Assembly: GCA_017499595.2 (NCBI GenBank)
Contig: CM038998.1
Coordinates: forward strand, 4,464,001-4,528,000
Direction of reading: 5' to 3'
DNA length: 64,000 nt
DNA from: Psilocybe cubensis
Lineage: Eukaryota
Part shown: piece after piece, positions 40,069 to 54,109 of the stretch
Position numbering within the stretch: the first letter of the stretch is position 1
Layout of the letters: each line of letters starts with the position of its first letter
Made by a program: the position numbers and the translations under genes
Notes under the pieces: generated by a model
The model's input: only the letters and a program-made list of their open reading frames with translations
What the model was told of the DNA's origin: nothing
Database searches by the model: none

Positions 40069-40418
40069 CGTGAGGAATGAAAGTGAAAGGGGATCAAGCG
40101 GCTCTTCCGAAGGACCGAATAGGCTTATATACTTTTCTCGACGAAGCTCCAATTCTGGTGACCTGGGGTCTTCCGGTAGCCGGTAGCGAATTAGCACGCC
40201 ACACCCAGACTCCTCGATATTATTTGAAATTTCTTACAGATACAGTACCCTAGATTGCGAGATGTTTCCTCGTTCAAAGACTGTATATTGTGCAGTAAGC
40301 TCAGACGAAATTCTGTTCTTGAATATTTACAACAAGTTCACAGGTTATTTATAGACAACTTGCAGGACCCCAAAATGTGAATGAATTGCCATGTTATTTC
40401 CAATGCTATATCTTGAAG

Positions 40419-40584
40419 GAACCTTAAGTACACGGTATACGAGTCAGTCTCAGCAGGAAGAGGAAAAAGGCTATATTGTGAACCTTAAGTACACGGTACA
40501 TGAATCAGTCTGTAAGTTAAGTTAACCTCTGTGCAACAATAATAAAGTGAATGAATGTACCTCAGCAGGAAGAGGAAAAAGGCT
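40419..40584. repeat. Interleaved direct repeats (A-B-A'-B)
   Basis: gaaccttaagtacacggta..cagtct at 40419-40450 and 40480-40511; ctcagcaggaagaggaaaaaggct at 40449-40472 and 40561-40584. Confidence 0.85.
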
Positions 40585-41132
40585 GAGGTACAAAGACAAA
40601 AAATGTCCAGTATAAGTGAAAAGTCTCATAGCTACAAGAAGTGCATGGAAGTTGATCTACTTGCTACGAAGGTGATGCGTTGTACAAAGTAAGCAGTTAC
40701 GACTACTCGAATTGAATGAGAACAGGGGCTTTCGGATAAAGGAAGGTGATAAGATAAGAGCCAGATAACTAGCAAGATAAGAGACAAAAGATGAAAAGAA
40801 ATAAGATATACCAACATATCTCAGGTAGACTTGGGCCATGATGGTGGACCCTTTAAAGTAATGAGTATTGTAAAGGCAATTCCTGTCCCCACTTTTCCAA
40901 TATACACGAACTCCGCCTGCTAGATCGTTGGTTTGCGTTAATATCATTGGCTATACATGGGCTGCAATGGTACATGAACGTGCTGGAAAAGACAGCATAG
41001 TACAAATGTGATTCAAGTAAATTACAAGCAGTTGTGGTTTTGATTACATGATGACCACATTTGATTAGCGCCGGTTGTAAATGTAACCATATCAGGATTT
41101 TCCCTTGGAATTTACGTCCACAAGTTACCAAT

Positions 41133-42593
41133 TTACCAACCCCGTTTAGCAAAGTCTTCCAGGGTGTCCTTTGTTGATTCAAGCTTGGTGTGAAATTTGA
41201 TCCCCAAAATCTTGGCTTCTTTGGTTTTGTCGTATGAGATCCTATAAATTCTTTCTCCCTCAAGGATGTCGGGGAATCCGGTAGCAAGCTTTCGGGGGAA
41301 AGGTGAGGGCGAAATGGAATTTGCCACTTCAACTAAATAAATGTCATTCGGCTTGAATCGAGTATTGAACTCCAAAGAACTTACGCCATTCTTGCCAAAT
41401 ATAGGCGCCTAAGTAGAAATTAGATGAATATTATGTCTACAACCATTACTGAAGGCTGAATACTTACCTTCTGTAGTTATAATGCGCTCCCCGCCAGCCT
41501 CAGCTACTTCCAGCGCCAAAACATGGCCTAGAGCAGTGTCCCTAACGTCAACCCATGAGGTAGAATCTGCAAGGGCTTCCCTGGTGCTTTTTGTTCCATC
41601 GACAACGTGATTGTACCATGCTTGCAAAGAGGTATTTAAAGCAGATGGTGAGTCGACTTTGTGAATAGGTGGCTTATAACATGGTGTGTCAATTTATTTT
41701 CTGTCAGATAAATAGAACAGTACGCACGCCAAAGACCTAGGAGCATATCAGACTTTGTCACTTTGAAATAGGATTTTGGACTCACGAAAGGAGGATTAAT
41801 GACAGTCAGGTCCCATGATAACTCATGTTTATGTTCTTTGTAGTATCCCCAAGCTCCTGTTGAAGTCATAAATATACGTTGACAGAATCTGTTTATTAAC
41901 GTACCTTGTTCTGCCAAGCTCTTTGAAGCACGGTAGATCGTCATAGGATGGGAGTTGGAACCAAGCTCGTCAACGAACTTTGGATCTTTTGTATTCCAGT
42001 CAAGCGCAGTGAAAAGAGTTGGCTTATCAGGCGGTGACATTACAGCTGCGGTTGAAGAAGTGACGACTATTCTCTTTACTTGCTTTCTAGTGTTTGGGTG
42101 AGTTTTGGAAATTTCCCAGGTGAAGAAACTTACCCATGATTGTGTGCACTCTTCAGAATACCGACTGTGCCCTGAATAGCGGGTTGGAAAAATTCTACCA
42201 ATCCCTCGTAGTTTAATACAAGGGGGGATAAAAAAAGCTAGAAAAATACCTTGTGGGTCCTTAACATTGCCATGAAATGGCGAGGCCATGTGAGCGATAC
42301 CGTCGACATCTTTCACAGCCTCGTCAAAGGCTCCTTCCTGATATCAATTAGGACCATGCTTAAGAACCATGGTTGCAACATACCTTGGCGATATCATTGA
42401 CGATAACTATCTCGAGTTTGTCTCCAAGCCCTACCGAGTTGAAGTAATCATTGACATCCTTTGCCTTGCTCTCTGATCGTACAGTTCCGCGAACAAAATA
42501 TCCCCGCTCCAAGAAGATACGTATGGCCCACATCGCGATGTACCCATTTGCTCCTGTTACAAGGATTTTGTCGCCTTTGGTAATTGTTGGCAT
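41133..42593 (-). CDS. GRE2/Ari1-like NAD(P)-dependent reductase, copy 5
   Basis: ILVTGANGYIA, HMASP, IYRASK, WVDVRD, DFAKRGW*. Confidence 0.92.
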
Positions 42594-42858
42594 TGTGGAA
42601 GTTTGAATGAAGCTTAGGGTACATGTCGACCTTTTTATATTCTTTCTAACCGCAATCTAACCGTGCGATTACGATAAGTTTTCAAGTCTTCGAAGAGACT
42701 GAGTAAGCAAAAAGACTGAGTAAGCAATTGGTCTGTGATTGTCGGCATTCCGGTATCGCGCATAGGCAACCTATAAAAATACACCCTCCGTCATGGCAAT
42801 TTTAAGCCAAGACCGACGACACCAATGATCAGTTATATAGATTGTGAAAGCAAAAGCA

Positions 42859-42950
42859 AGGTCCTACCCGGGATCGAACCGGGGTCGCGGGAATTTCCGG
42901 AAGGCAAGGCTTCTCAAAATCCCGAGTGATAACCACTACACTATAGAACC
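42859..42950 (-). tRNA. tRNA-Gln(TTG) with 20-nt intron (42894-42913)
   Basis: Minus strand GGTTCTATAGTGTAGTGGTTATCACTCGGGATTTTGA-[intron]-TTCCCGCGACCCCGGTTCGATCCCGGGTAGGACCT; 72-nt cloverleaf after splicing. Confidence 0.95.
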
Positions 42951-43484
42951 TGTGTTCTTGGGTGCGCAAATGGATTTGAAGGTAAGACGGAGGAGTACAT
43001 GTGGGAGGCCGATCGTGTGACGTGCCCATGTGGTGTCTGTCACGGTTCAATAAATAGGGGCTATGCTCGTCGGATCGGAAACAGCAAGTCAACGACGACA
43101 CCACCAGAAGAGCAGCCCAAATGTCCACACTACGAAGTTTCGGGGTCGAATTAGTGATGCTAATTGGTAATAGAAATAGTTAAAACCTCAAGTTAGAACG
43201 AATTACAGTGAACGGGTTTCCCTCTTCACCTGAACTACATACTGTTCAGCATGCACTGGTGGTAACAAGTTACCCATAATTGTCATGTGAAGGAGAAGTG
43301 CACCTTGCATAAGTGCAAAAATTCTCTTCGTGCATTCAACCCCTGCTTAAGGCCATCAGGGTCCCAGATTCCGGAACATGCCTGTTGAAGGTCACCATTC
43401 CTCCCGAAAATATCACCGCATGCCTATTTACATTCATAGGCATGAACGCGACTACACCTACCATCATCTACACTGATTTCTCAA

Positions 43485-44663
43485 ATGCTGGAGTCAAACC
43501 CATTGCTAGCTCGTCGTGTCGCAGTCGCATCCCTTATTGTCGACACCCTATTCCAGTCCTTAGCTCTGCTCGGAGACGCAGAAAGTTCAAGATCATCACC
43601 GTCGGCGATTTATGTTGCATATGCACCACATCCATACGCCCCAATTGGCCTGTTCTCTGCGGGCCTCATTCTTCAGATCCAATGGCTTCTGAGACTCTCA
43701 TTGCCATCAAAGGAATTCGACGAGGAGGAGGAGACGTCCGCCATTCCGCTAGAGATTACGCCCACCAATTCGGAAAGCAGCATCGACAATGCAAGCGGAG
43801 AACTGTCGGAAAGAACTGATTCTCAGCCTGCGAATGACGCCCACAAAACAGAAGAAATAGATGATGATCTGCTTTTACGCGACGAAGTGGACGATGTTAC
43901 ATACTTCAACACTCACGAGCCGGCGTACTTAGGGTATCTCCCTTTCTATGTCATGGGGTGCTTCCTGCAAGGTTCGTCGAGCTGAATTTACTAGTCAAAG
44001 TGCGGTAATGACAGAGCGAATTCCAGCGGGGTGGGCAGTCCTCTGGATGACACGACACTATGACTACTGTGCAATGTTTCTGCTTTTAAATCTGGCTATC
44101 GAGGCGTATGCCCTATTCTGGATTTTGGGAGGCTCTAAAAATCACCGATATCCACAATCAAACATATTTACTCACCTAATTGTGAAAATCAAGATCGCCA
44201 CCTCAGTGTTGTACCTTTGGAAAACTTGGGGAGCTGTGGATGTAAGTGCAATTACTTTATCCTATATTTCGTGTGCTTATTGCATGTAGATTTTACCACC
44301 ACCATCAGCCTCAGAAGGAATAGTTACCTGTACATTTTTTGTTTGCCTGGTAAGGGTCTAGGTCGTCGATTGTCCTCCGTTCGTCGACACTGAGCTATTC
44401 TTCATTCTTGCCAGGCTTTAGCATCAGGACCGGATCCAACATTAGGATTCCTGCTGGCCATCGTGTTGCTTGGCCTTGCCACAGGACAGAATCATTACTT
44501 TGAGTGGAGCCTGCTTTTTGGTTGGACGTGTATGTCGGTATCCATTGTCGTCGCCTTGGATTGGGCATTTGGGGTGAAGAGTCGTAGAATACTGATGCCA
44601 CAGTTGGCAAGGTTCGAGGAAGGAACGGAAAGGCTTCTTGTGAATCGGCAGAATGGTTTATAG
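43485..44663 (+). CDS. Multi-pass membrane hypothetical protein
   Basis: Consecutive exons with hydrophobic helices and an acidic loop; canonical splice sites; ASGPDPTLGFLL motif. Confidence 0.65.
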
Positions 44664-45062
44664 ATGATTACGAATAATCAAGTTTCGTTTTTATCTCGGT
44701 CGCTTTCTCTCAACTCTTGGTCCAAGATGAGGTTGAAATGTGCGTTGAGTAGTAACCTCCAGTAAGTGTATTTGACATTTGTTTAGTTGCGGGAATGATG
44801 TCACAGGAACTGGCAATTGCGTGTTGGCATGATATACTTAGGGCATATGACAAGGGGACCCACTACGCGGAACAGGTTAGAGAACATGGTCGCCTGCTGA
44901 ACTTGATGCCTATTAGAGCACGATGTATGTTGCATCAATGGTTTTAGTTAAGTTTGCACTTCTTGAAATATGATATAGCCAAAGCAAAGCAATCAATAAC
45001 GAGAACGAAGCTGTTGATACAGAAGATACACATACAAGGAAAACAGCATTGAAATATTCAAG

Positions 45063-46095
45063 TTACCATTGCCTGTCAGGCCGATGCCTACTTCGCCCGT
45101 CATCCTCCCCACGACGTTTTCCCCCATCCCACCGTCGCTCCCGGTGCCTGTGCGCTTCTTCCACTTCTCTACGATTGAAAACATCTCCATAGCCGCCGCT
45201 AGGCTCGCCGTGCACGGTGCTGGGTGTCGCACTTCCCGCCATTTCACGCTTCCGTCGCCTGATGAGTTCAAGAGCTCGCTCTCTTTCTGAAGATTCTCGA
45301 GATAACCTCGCTTGGACTTCCGGTGGTTTATCTGTATTGGTATCTGACCTTGGGGGATGTGGGAGGCGGAAGGATCTTGAGGTTGAAGAAGATGACGATG
45401 AACGGGACGCGAGCTGCCTCGTTATTGACGTCAAAGGGTCATGAGCATACTTTCGTGACTCCTCTCTTTTCCTTGAAATAAGTCAGGGATAAGACAGAGT
45501 ATACATGCATAGGAAACAGCACACACTTTCGGTCATCTTCCACCTCCTCTGGTTTTTCTTTTGATCGCTCCGAGTACCAGGGTTTCAGATCCTTTGCTGA
45601 AGGTGCAAGCGGAACGCCTTTCTCAGTTTCAGCAACTGGTTTCTTTCCGACCTTCAAAGTGGCAGCAATAGCGTTCTACGAAAACGTTTAGCTTAGACCC
45701 AAAGGGTGTATATATGTTTAATAGGCGTACCAATTCGAGATCTTCGAACAGATTGATATGTCCGTTTGTGGTCGGCAGTACTGCAGGCTGCATTGAACTA
45801 GTCGAAGCGATGTGCTTGGTATCATCCTCGTTTCTTCTTTTCTTCTTCTCAGCTTTCTCGGAGACACCTGCCCGTTCTCTCAAAAGGTCTATACGGGCTT
45901 CTGAATCCTACATTTTCCAGGTCAATCCAGTGGCAAAGAACATACGAAAAGAAGAAATCATACGGCCAACAACATCCGCCCTTCTTCCCGCTCCTCTTTC
46001 AATCTAGCCTCTTCTTCATCTCTTCTGACTCTCTCTATATTATCCCGCCGATATGGGTGGTAAGATTTATGATGGGCGATGTTGAGTTTACCCAT
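45063..46095 (-). CDS. Cir_N (CBF1-interacting corepressor N-terminal) domain, LENG1-like protein
   Basis: MGKLNIAHHKSYHPYRRDNIERVRRDEEEA N-terminus, GHINLFEDLE, HDPLTSI, RESSERERA. Confidence 0.8.
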
Positions 46096-46341
46096 GATGA
46101 CGGTTGGTGGTCAAATCGTGACTCGTACTTTCCGGGGCACCGATGTAACCTTGTGATCCGACCACCACCACAATCAAACGTACTCTTTCATGACTACACA
46201 GGGCCACTGCGCTCTCTTATGAACTAAGACCACCGAAGTTTCTTCAAGATTTACGATACATAACGAAGATACAAGATAATCAATTGCTTCAATCCTGAGG
46301 AAACCAGAAGAATACACAACACTATCCTCAACACCTTCGAA

Positions 46342-49300
46342 ATGTCGACACTTCTGCCTTTTCACAGACATATCATTGAGAAGATTCATGACCCAGCGAC
46401 AAGTGATCTTCTCGTCATAGCGAGAGGCGTAGGCCTTCGCAGAATCATTTGTACGCTCATGAAGATCTATGATTCTCCCCAGAACCTTGTTTTGCTCGTG
46501 AATGCCACCCCGGAAGAAGAGTCTGCTATCGGTGAAGAACTAGGGATCATCGGCTGCCGGAAACCTGGCCTACGTGTTGTCAGTCATGAGACAGGGAGTA
46601 AGGAGAGGTGCGTACCATCTCGGGGCTCCGTGACGGGGTATTGACACATCGTCCAAAGACAAAATCTTTACAGACAAGGAGGGATTATTTCTGTAACTTC
46701 GCGCATATTGGTGGTCGACATGCTTCAGTCTGACATACCAACTGAGCTTATCACTGGAATGATGGTTCTTCATGCTGAAAAGTAGGATACCGCTCCTCAA
46801 GGTCGTTCACTGGGCTCAACTGTTTCCAGAGTGACTCCACTAGTGCTTGAGGCATTTATCGTTAGACTATTCAGAGAGAAGAACAAAAATGGATTCATCA
46901 AGGCATTTACTGACCAACCGGAGCACATTACTAGTGGACTTTCTCCTCTCAAGAATATAATGAAGGAACTACAAATTCGAAATGTACACATATATCCCAG
47001 GTTCGTTGACAGATTCGTGGATTAAATCACGTTGACGTCTCCTTAGATTTCACGAAGAGCTTAAAAAATGTCTCGAACGTCGACGAGCAGACGTTGTCGA
47101 ACTGTCGCAGCATCTGACAGAACCCATGGCCGACATACACCACGCCATCATAGAATGTATGAACAGCACATTATCAGAATTGAAGAGATCTAACACAAAT
47201 GTATGCTACTTTTCTTGGTCATGAGTCCCTCATTTTGCACGAATTTTTCATCACATTCCTTCACAGCTCGATTTGGACGATTTCAATGTTCAAAATGCAT
47301 ATTTTCAATCTTTTGAAGTCATCGTACGACGCCAGCTCGATTCTGTATGGCACAAAGTGGGCCCAAAAACCAAGCAACTTGTGAATGATCTAGGAATTCT
47401 GCGCCGACTTTTGTAGTACGTGACAGTATCATGCACATACGTTTCACTCACTTTACCCCCAGCTACCTTCTTACATACGATGCCCTCCAATTTCATTCCT
47501 ATTTGGAGGTATTGATCGCAGCTAACAACGCCACCGCTACTGGAGGCACAAAACAACATCAGTCCCCATGGATGTTAACGGACGCCGCAAACATTATTTT
47601 CCAATCGGCGCAGCGACGGTGTTTCACCGTTAGCTCGACTTCAAAAAAGGTGGTCACTCCAGTAATCGATTTAACTGAAGACGAAGATGCATGGGCTGCA
47701 CTTGACGAAGCGGAAGGGCATACTACTGCTCCTCCTAATAAAGGCAATGACAAGACGGAAGAGTCACGACCTACTTGGCTTCCAAAAGGCCTTGAGCCTG
47801 TGCTCGAAGAATTACCCAAGTGGAATCTTTTATCGGAGATCATCCTCGAAGCTGAAGGCGAGATGATTCGGCAGGAAAGTTTAGCAAAGCCAGGTTCAAC
47901 GCGTGAGTCTTGCGGTCAACAGCACTGGACGTATTGCTTTGGCTAACTGGCTGAATACAGCATATCCAGGCTCGAACACTGTTTTGGTAATGACATCCTC
48001 AATTCGAACGTGCAACCTCTTAACGGAGTTTCTGTCGAGTATGGACCATGATGCACCTCCCGGGAGTCGAGGCCGTGCAATGATGCTGCGGAAGCTGCGC
48101 TTATACCTGTGGTGGAAGGGGAAAATGGACGAAAGGAAGGCTACCAACAAGGCAGCTTCAAGCATGCCCGATAACGGCACAGGCAAGGGTATCTTTGACG
48201 CTATATATGCGGACCAAGAAGACCTCAGCGAAGCACTGAAGAAGAAGGACAAAGAAAAGGCACAGCGTGCGCAGAATCGTCGACGCATCCGCGGCGGCGC
48301 CCCTGCGACTTCGAGTTCGCCGGTCAAAGGGAAAGGGTCTGCTACCACGCGGCTTGAACCTCAAGAGATACCGGTACCCAATGCGATGCAAAATGATACA
48401 GACGAATTTGCAAAATTGTAAGTCTATTAAAGGCAAGCTTAGCTACTTGGAACCTTATAAGTCCTAATGTCTTTTTTTGTGACTGCTAGTTGGGCATCTC
48501 AGGGAGAAGCCATACTCGCAGGGCAACCACTCAATGTAATAGACGATTTGGTGTTGCTAGATTTCGAATCAAACACTCTGGAAAACGACTTTGACACTAA
48601 TTATGGGTTACTTGCACCCGAACAAACGGTCCTCGTTCGCGCCTACTCAGACGACACGGATGATAGAATTCTGCAAGAAATTAGACCCAAATTCATTGTC
48701 ATGGTTGAGCCGGATATGGATTTCGTTAGGCGAATCGAAGTAAGTTGAAGTTCGAAATTCTTTCGTCAGTTACTAAAGTTGATAGTGTAGGTTTACAAAA
48801 GTTCCAATCCAGGTCTCGCGGTTCGAGTATACCACATGGTATATGCTAACTCAAGTGAGGAGCACAAGTACTTAGCGGGTATCAGACGTGAGAAAGATGC
48901 TTTCGAACGCTTGATCAAAGAACGTGGAGTGAGTTCGTGGAAGTCATCGTCTTCTATTTACTAATCCCATGGGTGAAAGTCCATGTTAATTACACTAGTC
49001 GAGGATCGCCGCAGCGATAACTCTGATTCAATGATCAAGACCATCAGCTCTCGTTTGGCAGGCGGTCGACGCGAACTCAACAAAGAACCATCTCGAGTGA
49101 GTTTAACTACTGCAGTAGAAATAAACTCCTCAATGTTTTCCAGGTTGTCGTTGATATGCGAGAGTTTAGGTCTACATTGCCTTCGTTATTGCATGCATCG
49201 GGTTTACAGGTTATCCCGGCTACACTCACAGTTGGGGACTATATCTTGACACCGGATATTTGCGTCGAGCGCAAAAGCTTATCCGACTTAAAAACTAGTT

Positions 49301-49973
49301 TCAACAACGGACGACTGTAGGTTTATTCATGCTGACACATCCAGAGTTCTCATGGTCTTTAGGTATACCCAATGTGAAATGATGTCACTTCATTATAAGT
49401 ATCCTATTCTCCTCATCGAGTTCGAAGAAGACAAGGCGTTTTCCCTCGATGTAAGTGTCGTACCTGCTCCTCTCATACACATATATACAGCATCTGATCT
49501 TAGACCAGATCATGGCAGATATGAAGACCTATGGCAAGGGAACTAGATATCCGTCCAAGCAACGTGCTGGGCCATCCGACCAACCCCATTACAACTCCCC
49601 AACCATTCAAGCAAAAATAGTTTTACTTACATTGACATTTCCTCGGGTGCGCATCATTTGGTCGTCCTCGCCTTACGCCACATCCGAAATCTTCAACGAC
49701 CTCAAGGCAAATAACGCAGAACCAGATCCTTCAAAGTCCGTTACCATTGGTGCCGATGACGATCCAGATGTTGGTGCTGGCATTAATGCTGCGGCAGAGG
49801 AAGTCCTGCGATACATTCCAGGAATTACTGCCCATAACGTCAAACTGGTTATGCACAAGGTCAAGAATATTGAAGAACTATGCAATCTCAGCCTATCTGA
49901 GGTGCAAGGCATTCTGGGTGCAGACCCGGGCAAGGCATGTTATCAGTTTATTCACGAAGGGGATAAACGATGA
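46342..49973 (+). CDS. ERCC4: DNA repair endonuclease XPF (ERCC4/Rad1/Rad16)
   Basis: [70 protein letters not shown] (ERCC4 nuclease motif), C-terminal HhH. Confidence 0.95.
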
Positions 49974-50216
49974 GGAGGTCAGACCGAAACCAAGTTATGG
50001 TTGGATCTTATCTGATCGAAAATTTAGGATTACATAGATATTAGATATTTGACTGCGCATCCCGTCCTGACCTAGCGGATAAGTGCATACACAAGGTTGG
50101 AAGGTCGAAGTTTCTTTGAAATTTTGCTTCTGTCACTAGCGCACTCTAATATATTTACGGTGTCCGCTTTCAATGCATCTTGTATCTTTTGATTCCGTTC
50201 TCACCTACCAGTTATC

Positions 50217-51569
50217 ATGCTCTTACTCAAATATACACTGTCAAAAGTTCATCCATTGATAAAGGTGCACGATCAAAGTTGAATTGTTGGTTACTGTCGT
50301 AGTTAACGATGACCATAAAATTAGATCATTCAGCGCATTCTCCCCAAATTCATCTATCGGCGATGCCACAACGTGTATCTGACCTTTCTTCAAAGCCATG
50401 GAGTCATACCAGCCAATCTGGAGGTCTGCGGCGTAGAAATAATTTTGCCAACGGTGTGCTACGGGGGTTCTGCCAATATCCACATAGGACGCCACAACGG
50501 GATCAAGGTTGCAGTAAAATCACCCAGATTGTACCAGGAAAATAGGAGAAAAATCATGGCAGTACGTCTATTTCAGTGTAGAGCTCGTTGACGCACCGGA
50601 TTATCCAATGATTTGCTTTTTCATCCAGGAGTTCATCAATGAGTCCATGATTTTGGACAGTTTGAGGAACCATCCCCATATTGTAAATTTCATAGGCATC
50701 TCGTGCAATCCCGACGTCGGACCCGCCATTATCACATCCTGGATGGAGCATGGCACATTAACAAACATCATTGGTCTTGATCCTCCGAGTCAATATCGAC
50801 GCCAAATGGTGATTAGTCTTTCGGCAGACCTGAAGCCTCTAAATTCTAAAGGTTACACCTTACTATAGGTAGAACAGATTGTGGACGGCATGTCATTCCT
50901 GAAAGCATCAAACGTCATCCATGGAGATTTGAAAAGTGTAAGTTAGGTTAGATCTGAAGAACATTTGTATTAATTGTCACATTAGAGCAACATATTGATA
51001 TCATATAATGGTCGCGCTTGTATCGCTGACTTCGGGTTGTCACGCTTTGCTGGCAATTGGCGCTCTTCACCACCTACAGTGGCTTTCGGACTGCAGATAG
51101 CGGAATCCACGCTTTCATGGCTCTTACGTGTACCTTACCCCACTGATTGCAACACTCGTGTTGGCGCTGGAAGTCCGCGGTGGATGGCCCCTGAGCTCCT
51201 TCTGCCCAGTCAGTGGGAATCTGCACACACGACGTTTGAGAGTGATATTTTTGCCCTAGGCATGGTGATTTACGAGGTGGGATCATGATAAATGTGTTTC
51301 GTCAGGAGTAATACCTTCTTCTGATCATAACTGCACAGATTTGTAGCGGAAAAATTCCGTTCCATGAAGTCAACGAATACATGGCAATGATTAATATTGT
51401 TCAAGGGAAGAGACCGCATCGCCCAGAGCAAGTCTCTGACGACCTGTGGTTTATAACCACGATTTGTTGGGCCTCTCATCCATCCCTACGACCTTCGATC
51501 GATGTCGTCAAACGAACTTTAGAATCGAAATCACCGCTTGACACCCAAACAATGAAGACGCGCAGGTAG
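50217..51569 (+). CDS. Protein kinase (TKL-like fungal family)
   Basis: YGGSANIH, VAVK, HPHIVNFIG, IHGDLKS|SN, IADFGLSR, RWMAPE, SDIFALG, CWASHPSLRP. Confidence 0.9.
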
Positions 51570-52043
51570 ACCCGGAAGTGACGATTGGTAATAGTAAGGC
51601 GTATAACTTTTCCTACTAATGTGATGCCAACTAAATTTGCTTACAACACGAATGAGTCAACAGGGATAAGGGACGGACTTTTCAATTGGCTAAGGCGCGC
51701 ATGGCTCTAGTCATTTGAAAATGCCGTCCCTTGTCCCTGATGCATCTGAGTCGTTTCATCGCTAGGTAAGATCTGGTGAGTCCTCCAAAGTCATCAATGG
51801 CCGCAAAGCTCCGTCACTATGAAAACCTCAAGGGAGTGTATTCAAGTTCCGGAATTAAAACAGCTGTGTTGAGTGCTCACCGTGCCGTGCAGAGATTTGT
51901 ATTCTTTGGCATAGTAAAAGCCTATGACAGCGGAAGAGCGAAATGAAATACTAAACATCCAAACGGAAGAAAACAAGATAAAGAATACACTGAAGATGCA
52001 GTCAATAATGTATCAATAGATTCAGAGAAGATGTACGAAAAAA

Positions 52044-53203
52044 TCAATCCAAGTCCAGAAGAGAGTCGTTGTTGTCGCTCTCGACGAAGCCAAACCATTG
52101 CGGCAATAAAGTCCAGACTTCTTCCCGCGCCTTCGCCGCTGCCTCTGCGAAGTCGTTCTTGCATGGTTGACACAGCTTCAATCCACACTGGCGTTGCCCA
52201 TCCGAGAAATCCGTCCTAGTCAACATTTCTGTTGCTTGAGATAGGGTGTACAGAGGATCGGCGTCTCGACCACAGGCTATACCCCCCACGGAGCGAAGGA
52301 TGTTGAGCATTATGAAGTAAAACGACTCGTGGCAGGGCCGGCTTGGGTTTTCCTTTTCATTACGGTGGAGGCATTCCGCTGCTGGTGCCCGACAATGGAG
52401 ATGACGAGCAATAAAGCCGGCCATGTAACGTTGGGTGGCTTCTCGACCGCGAAGAGTCCTACAGAGAAGATCGCGCGAAAGCTTGACTGGCTTTTCCGTC
52501 GTCACTTGCACTCCAGTAAGCTCTTTCAGCATTCGATCAAAACTCGTAAATGGCAGTGTCGTCCCACTCATGATTTTACTCGGCCCATATCGCGATAGAT
52601 CATATAGAGCAGCAGGCAGCATAGCAGGGAGGTTCATAGAAAGGGCCAGCTCTATGACCAATATCGGATGAGCACAGTGATCGCGGGGAACGTACCGTCC
52701 ATTTTCATCTGTGGATCGTCGTTCCCTAAGGTCCCAACCAGAGAGCGTAGTTGGCCAATCCTTATCCAGTCGATGTAGACAGCGCTGGCGAAGATGCTCG
52801 ACCAGATACTTTGAAGACAAGCGAAGTACGGCAGCAATGGCAGGGAAGTCAGTGGAGCGCTGTTTCTTGAAATATCTGGTTTATAAGAATCAACGAAAGA
52901 ATACGGTATCAGCTAAAATATGTACGAGACATACAAACCATCATAAAGTGCACCAAGAAAGTATAAAACATCTGAGGGTGGATCTTGTAATTCAACGCAA
53001 GAGCAACCATCGATGAGTTCCTGCTCTTGAGGTTGAGGTAATGAGAAAAGGTCGCTGAAGACTTCTGAGTGTCGTTCCAGTTGTCCACGATGAACCTTAA
53101 AAGCAGCACATCCGGCAACTATAACAATATTTCCATCGTAGAACCAGAAATCGGAGCGTATAAGGTTTCCAAACTTTTCTGGTGGGCGTTTCTCCTTGAC
53201 CAT
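52044..53203 (-). CDS. BTB/POZ domain protein
   Basis: FWFYDGNIVIVAGCAAFKVHRGQLERHSEVFSDLF, LRLSSKYLVEHLR, LPAALYDL. One intron near 52878-52935. Confidence 0.88.
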
Positions 53204-54109
53204 AATATATGGTGAAGATATACAAACAGAAGGACCGAAAAAGGAGGAAAGAAGCGGCGGGCCTGGGGGGACACAAGACACACTTATCAATGCGCAGAAC
53301 TAGCGAGAATTCCTGAGGCTGACATTCGACTTGAGATCAGCCAGGCTCGGAAGACAATCTACCCGTTCGAATGGGTTCCCGTTCAGTCGAATTCAAAACC
53401 TTCAATACCGTTCTAGTTCTAGATCAGTGTAGAACCTGGGATTGTAACAGAGAAATAACAGGAGCTGAATTCGAAGTAAATTTGTACCAATTTAGATGCT
53501 AGAGTCTTGATAGTCGATCAAGCTCCTTTTTTTGACTGTCGTGAAGTGATGCATTAGAAAGGGAAATTTCAAGTGCGTTGATAGACTAGGCATAGAAAGC
53601 TTAAGAAATCGAGGACTTATTTGTAGCTTGAAGGAAAACTGGATTGAGTCGGCCCCGGTTAGATCGTTTGAGCAGGTTGGCGTTACACTGGGAGCAAATT
53701 GGGAGGTTGAATAAGGTTTGCTTATGTCAGCAAATGTCACCGTTTGAGACTTTGAGTTTGGTCGGAGTTTAAAATGTTCAATATCAACCGGCAGTTTCCC
53801 GTTATTATTGTTGATCAAAACTGCGTGGATAAGTACAAGCTCACCTTCCTCATCGCTATACCATTCGATTCTCTGTTATTATTGGAAAGGGGCCGGACAG
53901 TATGTTTTTCTGCATGATGAAGAATGTTAACTATACTCTGGCCGAATGACAAATACAACCACCACAAATTGATATTTAACGTTATCGGGCTATGACTCTG
54001 AGACACAAACGATCTACTCGATCGACAATATTCACTTCACGCCAAAGTCGTTAGGTGCGTCGAACGCCGTTTTCAGCAACAGTGTGCGTGAGTTTATATT
54101 TTTCCCTGC

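Noticed and set aside
42696..42728. AGACTGAGTAAGCAA tandem duplication upstream of reductase copy 5
   Set aside because: Short slippage-type duplication with no further support for function.
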